Positions 56,701 through 64,000 of a stretch of DNA of 64,000 bases are shown here, in pieces (positions within the stretch are counted from its first letter, which is position 1; every line of letters begins with the position of its first letter). Source of the stretch: Balanoglossus misakiensis (taxonomy: Eukaryota; Animalia; Hemichordata); the NCBI GenBank assembly GCA_040954595.2, contig CM082578.2:16166998-16230997 (forward strand), read 5' to 3'. The notes beneath the pieces were generated by a model that did no database searches, was not told the origin of the DNA, and saw only the letters and a program-made list of their open reading frames with translations. A program made the translations under genes and the position numbers.

Positions 56701-59366
56701 TTTGAAAAAACCATGGGTTATAGCTCATGAAAATCATCAGAAAATGACAATTTTTCGACTTTGCGGAATTTCAAAATTTCGTCGATTTTTGAAAAAACCA
56801 TGGGTTATAGCTCATGAAAATCATCAGAAAATGACAATTTTTCGACTTTGCGGAATTTCAAAATTTGGTCGATTTTTGAAAAAATCATGGGTTATAGCTC
56901 ATGAAAATCATCAGAAAATGACAATTTTTCGACTTTGCGGAATTTCAAAATTTCGTCGATTTTTGAAAAAATCATGGGTTATAGCTCATGAAAATCATCA
57001 GAAAATGACAATTTTTCGACTTTGCGGAATTTCAAAATTTCGTCGATTTTTGAAAAAATCATGGGTTATAGCTCATGAAAATCATCAGAAAATGACAATT
57101 TTTCGACTTTGCGGAATTTCAAAATTTCGTCGATTTTTGAAAAAATCATGGGTTATAGCTCATGAAAATCATCAGAAAATGACAATTTTTCGACTTTGCG
57201 GAATTTCAAAATTTCGTCGATTTTTGAAAAAACCATGGGTTATAGCTCATGAAAATCATCAGAAAATGACAATTTTTCGACTTTGCGGAATTTCAAAATT
57301 TCGTCGATTTTTGAAAAAACCATGGGTTATAGCTCATGAAAATCCTCAGAAAATGACAATTTTTCGACTTTGCGGAATTTCAAAATTTCGTCGATTTTTG
57401 AAAAAACCATGGGTTATAGCTCATGAAAATCATCAGAAAATGACAATTTTTCGACTTTGCGGAATTTCAAAATTTCGTCGATTTTTGAAAAAACCATGGG
57501 TTATAGCTCATGAAAATCATCAGAAAATGACAATTTTTCGACTTTGCGGAATTTCAAAATTTCGTCGATTTTTGAAAAAACCATGGGTTATAGCTCATGA
57601 AAATCATCAGAAAATGACAATTTTTCGACTTTGCGGAATTTCAAAATTTCGTCGATTTTTGAAAAAATCATGGGTTATAGCTCATGAAAATCATCAGAAA
57701 ATGACAATTTTTCGACTTTGCGGAATTTCAAAATTTCGTCGATTTTTGAAAAAACCATGGGTTATAGCTCATGAAAATCATCAGAAAATGACAATTTTTC
57801 GACTTTGCGGAATTTCAAAATTTCGTCGATTTTTGAAAAAACCATGGGTTATAAGCTATGCATATGACATGAAAAAGCCAAAGTGGCCAAAATTCAGAAA
57901 GTCGAGAATTTTTCATTTTTTTGAGCGTGAATGAGCTATAACCCATGCATATGACATGAAAAAGACAAAATGGCCAAAATTCAAAAATTATCACTTTTGA
58001 CAGTTTCCCCTCAAGCTACTTACTACGTTCTCCACAATCAGTGCAATCGGTTCCGTAGTCACAGTAGTATGCCAAAGCGCCTAGGCCACCATCTTGGCAA
58101 TCACCGTCAACCGCAAACTGTGCGTAGCAAGTGTCGTCACACAACGCTCCGTCTATAAAAGTGAGAAAAAAGTATCTAGCATTACGTATTCCACTCATTT
58201 ACATTCTATATCTGAGATTAAAAACTACAGGACTCCTGACAGATCACCCTGGGAACCTGACCATGTGACTGTCCAACGTGTGAAATGAGCATTATCTGTT
58301 ATCACGTGTTGTAATTGTACATTTTCTACATGGGAATCGGTCAGAATCGCAGAACGTAACATATGCAAGGTAATGGAAGAGTTGTGAAAATGTGTACTTG
58401 GTCGGCGCATGCAGTAGTTGTATTTTACCACAGTCCCTCACAGTCCCTCCAGGGACTGTGATTTTACCTAAAATCTGTGTGCTGACAGTCCCCACAATGC
58501 GACAGTCTTCACTTTGAGCGGTTCTTCGGATAAGTTGTGACCATATATTGGAACCCGTTGCGGCGGTTTCCTGTAAGTGAACAAGACAACACGTACGACG
58601 GATCGAAATGATAATAAGAGCTGCCTTCTAGTGTACAATGTGCATTGAAGACTTGTGGTACAATGTCATGATATTTTTAGTTCTCTCTTTCAATAATGAA
58701 AATTTGAAACTTTAATGTACTGTCTCTCTCCTCACATAGTTGGAAGTCAAAAATATGTATTTCTGGTTTGCTGACTACATTTTCGTCAAAACAAGAAAAA
58801 CTCAATCTTCCGAATGTTAAATATGTTAACTTTTAAAAATGGCAGCATTTATATTCAACTGGAATTGCTTCTAACATGGACCCCAAAAAACTTGAGTCCG
58901 TGAAGCTTACCGTACTGGTGAACACCCACTGATCGCCACTTAAACTGTAGTAGGATGCTGACAAATCTGTAAACTAACGAGAGTAATCAAGGTGACGTGA
59001 CAAAGTGCAAATACTAAGAACCGACACTACGATAAGAACTCTTTGATTCTACTCGAAATCCTATCTCCGGTTCATCTTTTAAAATTTTAATCAAAGACTA
59101 GTATAGCTGCAAAGTGTGTTTTTATTTAAATCTAGATTCTGATTAATTGAGTCGTCTGGCTTGCCGCGTCGTTCGTGGTAGACAATTGCTGACCCGTGAC
59201 TTACCTGTAGTTTGAATGTACACGGCAGCGGCTCAGCAAATTTGACCATTAATTCAAAGATAGTTTCGGTAAAGTTCATGACGAGGTCGAAATCGAAATC
59301 GATTATGTCACCAGCTTCATATGCCCCGCTTCCAGACGTGGTGATGACAGCATCGCTAGTAATAGC
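38793..59366 (-). CDS. Mosaic extracellular-type protein with a Cys-rich module, beta-rich segments and a C-type lectin domain; 5' end unresolved and possibly disabled
   Basis: Phase-consistent exons: 58024-58152, ~41637-42341, ~41218-41400, ~40873-41068, 40136-40519 (CTL: CY...TWREAVDVC...HLVII...LWIG...YNNWALGEP...C...W...C...YICE), ~39827-39886, ~39572-39653, ~39322-39368, ~39014-39202 and ~38793-38848 (ends WQCSSC*). Further exon-like segments lie at ~58204-58294, ~58468-58570, ~58911-58966 and 59205-59366. Confidence 0.75.
42481..57853 (+). repeat. 87-bp satellite array, ~177 copies, intronic
   Basis: Monomer aatttttcgactttgcggaatttcaaaatttcgtcgatttttgaaaaaa[t/c]catgggttatagctcatgaaaatcatcagaaaatgac. 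The array spans ~15.37 kb, or ~177 units of 87 bp. Only substitutions were seen. Confidence 0.99.
57854..57990 (-). repeat. Diverged inverted monomers flanking the satellite (also 42449-42480)
   Basis: atgcatatgacatgaaaaag recurs at 57858 and 57945 (period 87). atgagctataacccatg (57931-57947) is the reverse complement of the satellite core. The same gccaaa[a/g]tggccaaaattca..aagtc.agaatttttc motif occurs at the left flank. Confidence 0.85.
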
Positions 59367-62289
59367 TGATATACAGATACATAATACTAGTAAGATGCAG
59401 TTAGGGTAACCATGGAGATGGTGTCTGTGTGTTTGTAAAGCCAACGTTATTCATTTTATTTACCGGAATAGAAGAGGAGAGGTTGCCAAGTGTACACATC
59501 CTCAGCAAATGTTGAACAAGCGTGACACAATGATCAAAGAAATCATTTTTCGCTGAAAAAATATTATGAGCGACATTCAAGTTATGATATGAGCAAAGAG
59601 CAATCAAGCCATGGCCCAGAAATTGATATCCCCAGTATCGAACCTGCCAGGTAATGTTGACAATACGAGGAAATAACAAGACCTGACTTATCGAATAGCA
59701 GACCAATAGTTCATAACGCTAGAAAAGAAACCAACAGAAATACAAATCTCGCACAATCATATTATTTGGTAGGGAATATGAGTTAAAACAGATCAATATG
59801 TACATGGGGTCATCGTCTCCCTGTAACTTTACAAAGCCAGTGTTTTTCCCCCAGATACCCTCGGGACAGCTCTCGGCGATTGAAGTTCTTATAATGCATT
59901 TGCTGTAAGATTTATCACTGATTAATTTTACAACATAACTCACACTTAGGCGCGCATTATTCGGAGAGTACACTTCTTGAGAACTAATATCTGAAATGAG
60001 AACAGCGATTTCAATGAATCGTGGGCCAAATAGAAGTAATATAATTCGATAAAAGCGCACCAATTAAGACGGGGTGTCTGCTTCCCGCACGATGCAATTG
60101 TGGGAGAATTTAATGGAATGTGACAAAATGATTAAGATGACTCGTTGATTTCCTGACTCATAACTGCCGCATTATTGCTTGCTCTCTGCTGGTGTGAGAC
60201 GTGTTCGGAATTTTCATTTTTTTTTGCGTGTGACGCTATTAAGTCCCTTCTGAACATACCTTTTCAATTCGACAGTGCAAATTCTAATTTTCATGTCCGT
60301 TAAAAACTGTGTTGAAATATCTTAGTCGAGAAGGATTTAACCTAAAGACAGATAAGTAATTCGTATCACGCCACCATCAGAATTGAAATATTGTGTTCGT
60401 TGAAACGAGAACATTTTTATAGACGTTTAGCGTCGTGAAATCTTCCATAAAAAGCTACTTCAGTGAAACCTTTTTATCCAACTCTAATATTCCCTTTGGG
60501 AGAAAGCTCAGAAAGTGCTGAGACGGCCCGGGGACATTCCTGTGAAGAATTTTCATGATTAGTATACCGTCTATACGCTGCACTGCATTTTCATAAATAA
60601 AAAAGCACCTTTAAATTTAGAGATTTAAAGTTGAAATCATCGAAGGAAACAACTTTATATGCGCTTGTGGCGTGTGTTGGTTACACCAGGACAAAGACCA
60701 AAGACAAACATAAACCGTAGACATGATAGATGAGATTGAATAAACTGTGCGGTCTTTTATTGGTATGGGATTGACTGGATCGGGAAACGTTGACATTTTG
60801 CTCTACCGTCACTGTCGCCTTTGGGCAAATCGTTCATTTGCTATTCTTCGATAGTAAGAATATCAGACTCGAAGTGTGATTGTGGACTGTTTTAGTAAAT
60901 TTGGAGGTCCATCCTTTCCTGGCGTCACAAACAACCTCGAATTTGTCAAATTTAGCATAAAATACATTTCACGACCGGGTGTCACTTTTTGACAGCAAGC
61001 AATAACAAAGCTTTGGTTAAAGCTATGAAGCCTGATGATTGTCAAAGTATTTTCAACCGAGTTCTGTCGCATCGCAAACGCGTCACAATCGCAAAAAGCG
61101 AAAGGAAAAATCCCGACAGACGATTTTGTGACCTGCCTTTGAAGAAACTGGTGAACCAAACAGACACCATTAACAATGATTTCGAAATATAGAATTGCCG
61201 TGACTTGCCTGACGTTGCATGTCTCACAAACAAACTCCAGGTTATAATTCTGATCACCATCATTTTGTCTTCATTTGAAGTTTTCTTCCACATTCTTCTG
61301 CGCAATGCGACTTTTACGAGCTTCCGTTTGATTTGATCTCGGACTGGGACTGAACCATTAAGCGGCCGGGGTGGGTTGTATGCAGCTGAAAGTCTACACA
61401 TTGAAGCTGTGATACGGTTTAGCTGAACACTAAATGTGTATGTACAATGTTTGTGGTTAAATAATCTGATTATGCATTATGCTTTATTAAAATTATTGTG
61501 GGAGAATCCCATTTAGTAAACACTGAACTTGCTGCTGCAGTAGTGATGGATATATTTGGCGCCCTCAGCGATGTACGCCAAAGTTTGCCCCTCCCCCCTT
61601 TCCTATCGCTTCCTATTGAAATCACAAATTAGGATTAGGAGCTCAGACACTTTGATGTATTGCGGGAGAGGCGTTCATACTGTGGTATTGCTATATCTAA
61701 ACTTTGGAGGACACGGAATGCAAATTTAGTGATCAATTTACATGTTTAGTTTTGGCGACCAGAGTAAATCTTACAAGTACCAACTAAATTGGATTAAATT
61801 TTGATCATTTGATTTAACGCGTATTGTGCAAACTGCTATCTCATTTAAACATTCAATTTTTTTCGCCCTGTCTCAGCTTCTGTAGTGTACATGGATAGGT
61901 CTACTTGGAAAAGCTCAGCAAGGGCACAGACTTTGAATTTGTGGCAACTTTTGACTTACTGTTGAACATTTTAGCAAAATTAGAAAACAGGTAAAACTTC
62001 AAGAATTTGTTTCCATGTTTACAGGTGATCATTTGAGTTTCAATGGAAAAGTCGGGCGACATTTGACCTTACCCGTTTCAATTATTTCAACATCAAGGCA
62101 GTGTTGGGGTAATAAAATGACACAGACACAAGTATTTCATTTTAATCTAGTTCATTGAACATTTTAATTTCAGAGGTTTTAAATCCATAAACAAAAGAGG
62201 ATACATGTATACAGTATTATCTGTACACTTACAATATGAAAAAGGAGCAAGAACATTACTTCCGTGAACCCAAATTTCAAAATTCAAAT

Positions 62290-63570
62290 TTAATCTCCAT
62301 TGATGGATATAAAACTGTCAGTAACAGCTACAGCTGCATCGAGGAAAATGGACACTTCGTCCTCAGCTTGGTTGCCGGATACCCATCTGGTCTTTGCATC
62401 TGCAAAACAAGCATGTAGAAATGAATGTCTATAATTGACATGAAACAAAGCATGATCACCACTGTACGTACGCCAATCGTTGTTCATTCGCAGATGGTAC
62501 ATCATGCAAATTTGTATGGCTGCCTGGAATTTCACTCTATTCGGCAACTGGATTAAATTCTACTGCAACAACGATAGAGATCTGCCCATATCAGCTTATA
62601 ATTGTACTTAGTTAAATCGACAATTCCTGGACATTGTGAAAAACACCCCACGCACACCCCGTACCATGTATTGTCTCCGTCATGGCTTCAATTTTCTTTC
62701 CAACAATTCTTACCTTCCCAGAACCATGCAGTATCTTTGGACATCAATCACACAGGCTGGTAATCTTAGTATCATCTATGGGATCCCTGGAATAAATGAA
62801 AAGTATGTAAATGAAATGTCTCCTACAAAGATGGCGAACATGCTTGTGCCATAACAAAATAGCCACTCCTTGCATCTAGCAGTCGGGTCGGTTTTAAAAC
62901 ATTGAATTGACATCCACGGGGTCCATACATGCAGGTTTCGGCAAAATCAGTTCGCTTGACTGGGTAACGGCACCAGTCTGAATCGAAAAAAAATCTTCAA
63001 AATGGCTACCATGAAAAGGGGTTTTGGTGTCTATATCGCCTGTCAAACCTTGTTTGAAACCTCTGGTCTTCTTTCAGCCATTGAACATACTGCCCTTACC
63101 GCACCCAGCTATACTGCTTCATGGCGAAAATAACCAGTCACTTAGACCCCAGCTTGGTTGATGAATACCATTATCCTATGATCTCGTCTCTGGATCTGCA
63201 AAACAAGCAAATGAAGTGAATGTCTGTAATATAGTCATGATCGTTTGGCCGAGGAACATACCTGCCCTTACCTCACCCAGCTATACGGCTGCATGGCGAA
63301 ATAAAACTCTGGTCTCTGGATCTGCAAAACAAGCAAATGAAGTGAATGTCTGTAATATTAGTGAACACGAAAGAAAACATCTACCGCGATCACCGTGCCA
63401 CAACTTTTGTTCATTCGCGGATATTACATCTGACAACATCTTTATATGGTACATATTTTCAAATTTTACAGCCACGAGAAAAATGTTCAACCCTGACAAA
63501 AATTCTTGCTATGCCGGATTGGAGTGAATCCACCTACCTTATTTGAATACGTGTTCTTTGCTGCCCCCTG
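62290..63570 (-). pseudogene. Decayed, internally duplicated exon-like segments of an unidentified gene
   Basis: Minus-strand acceptor gcttgttttgcag|at recurs three times (~62400, ~63198, ~63322). Segments translate to DAKTRWVSGNQAEDEVSIF, DWCRYPVKR...CMYGPRGCQF, and two SANEQ[RK]L copies. In-frame stops interrupt several of them. Confidence 0.4.
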
Positions 63571-63649
63571 TTAAAAAATTAAAAATAAAACAAGTAAATA
63601 TTTCACCATAAAAACAGAATAACAGAGACATACACACACGCAATGATCT

Positions 63650-64000
63650 TTTAATGAAAATGCCGAAAGATTACAAATCTAAAATAAATTATATACGCAC
63701 ATTATCGGTACGGAAATAAACCACTCGCAGTATTATGAGTGCATGTATGTTTTTAATATTTTTTATTGAATAATGACGAAAGATAACAAATCTCAAAAAA
63801 ATGTACTAACTATATACGCACGCCCTAAGATGATCGGTACGGAAATAAACCACTCGCAGTATTATGAGTGCATGTATGTTTTTAATATTTTTATTGAATA
63901 ATGACGAAAGATAACAAATCTCAAAAAAGTACTAACTATATACGCACGCCCTAAGATGATCGGTACGGAAATAAACCACTCGCAGTATTATGAGTGCATG
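63650..64000. repeat. Start of a ~126-129 bp tandem repeat running off the window
   Basis: tcggtacggaaataaaccactcgcagtattatgagtgcatg recurs at 63705, 63834 and 63960. A degenerate partial copy begins at ~63650. Confidence 0.95.

Noticed and set aside
42481-57853. CRISPR-like array
   Set aside because: Units are fully identical with no unique spacers, there are no cas genes, and the context is eukaryotic.
42449-57934. Giant ORFs (221, 1976, 541 and 2397 aa) as a real protein-coding gene
   Set aside because: They result from a stop-free 87-bp monomer. There is no synonymous-site divergence, signal peptide or unique domain, and they lie antisense within an intron.

Overview
AT-rich, gene-dense animal DNA with short GT-AG introns. 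By inference it comes from an invertebrate deuterostome, possibly a hemichordate; the taxon cannot be proven from this window. I reconstructed the gene models by hand from splice signals. In order they are: the 3' part of a PHF8/KDM7-family histone demethylase (+); a small intronless ORF with a textbook BH3 motif, a candidate BH3-only apoptosis gene (+); an uncharacterised C-terminal MYND-finger protein (-); TMEM209 (+); RNA polymerase I subunit RPA34/POLR1G (-); queuosine salvage hydrolase QNG1/C9orf64 (+); ARIH2 (+); and a mosaic extracellular-type gene with a C-type lectin domain (-). One intron of the lectin gene holds a ~15.4 kb array of ~177 near-identical 87-bp satellite monomers. Decayed exon duplicates and a second ~127-bp tandem repeat end the window. 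The most notable items are the BH3-only candidate with its apparent 3'UTR intron and shared poly(A) element, and the satellite, which has hairpin inversion junctions at both ends and nested higher-order duplications. No database searches were run; family calls rest on recalled conserved motifs.
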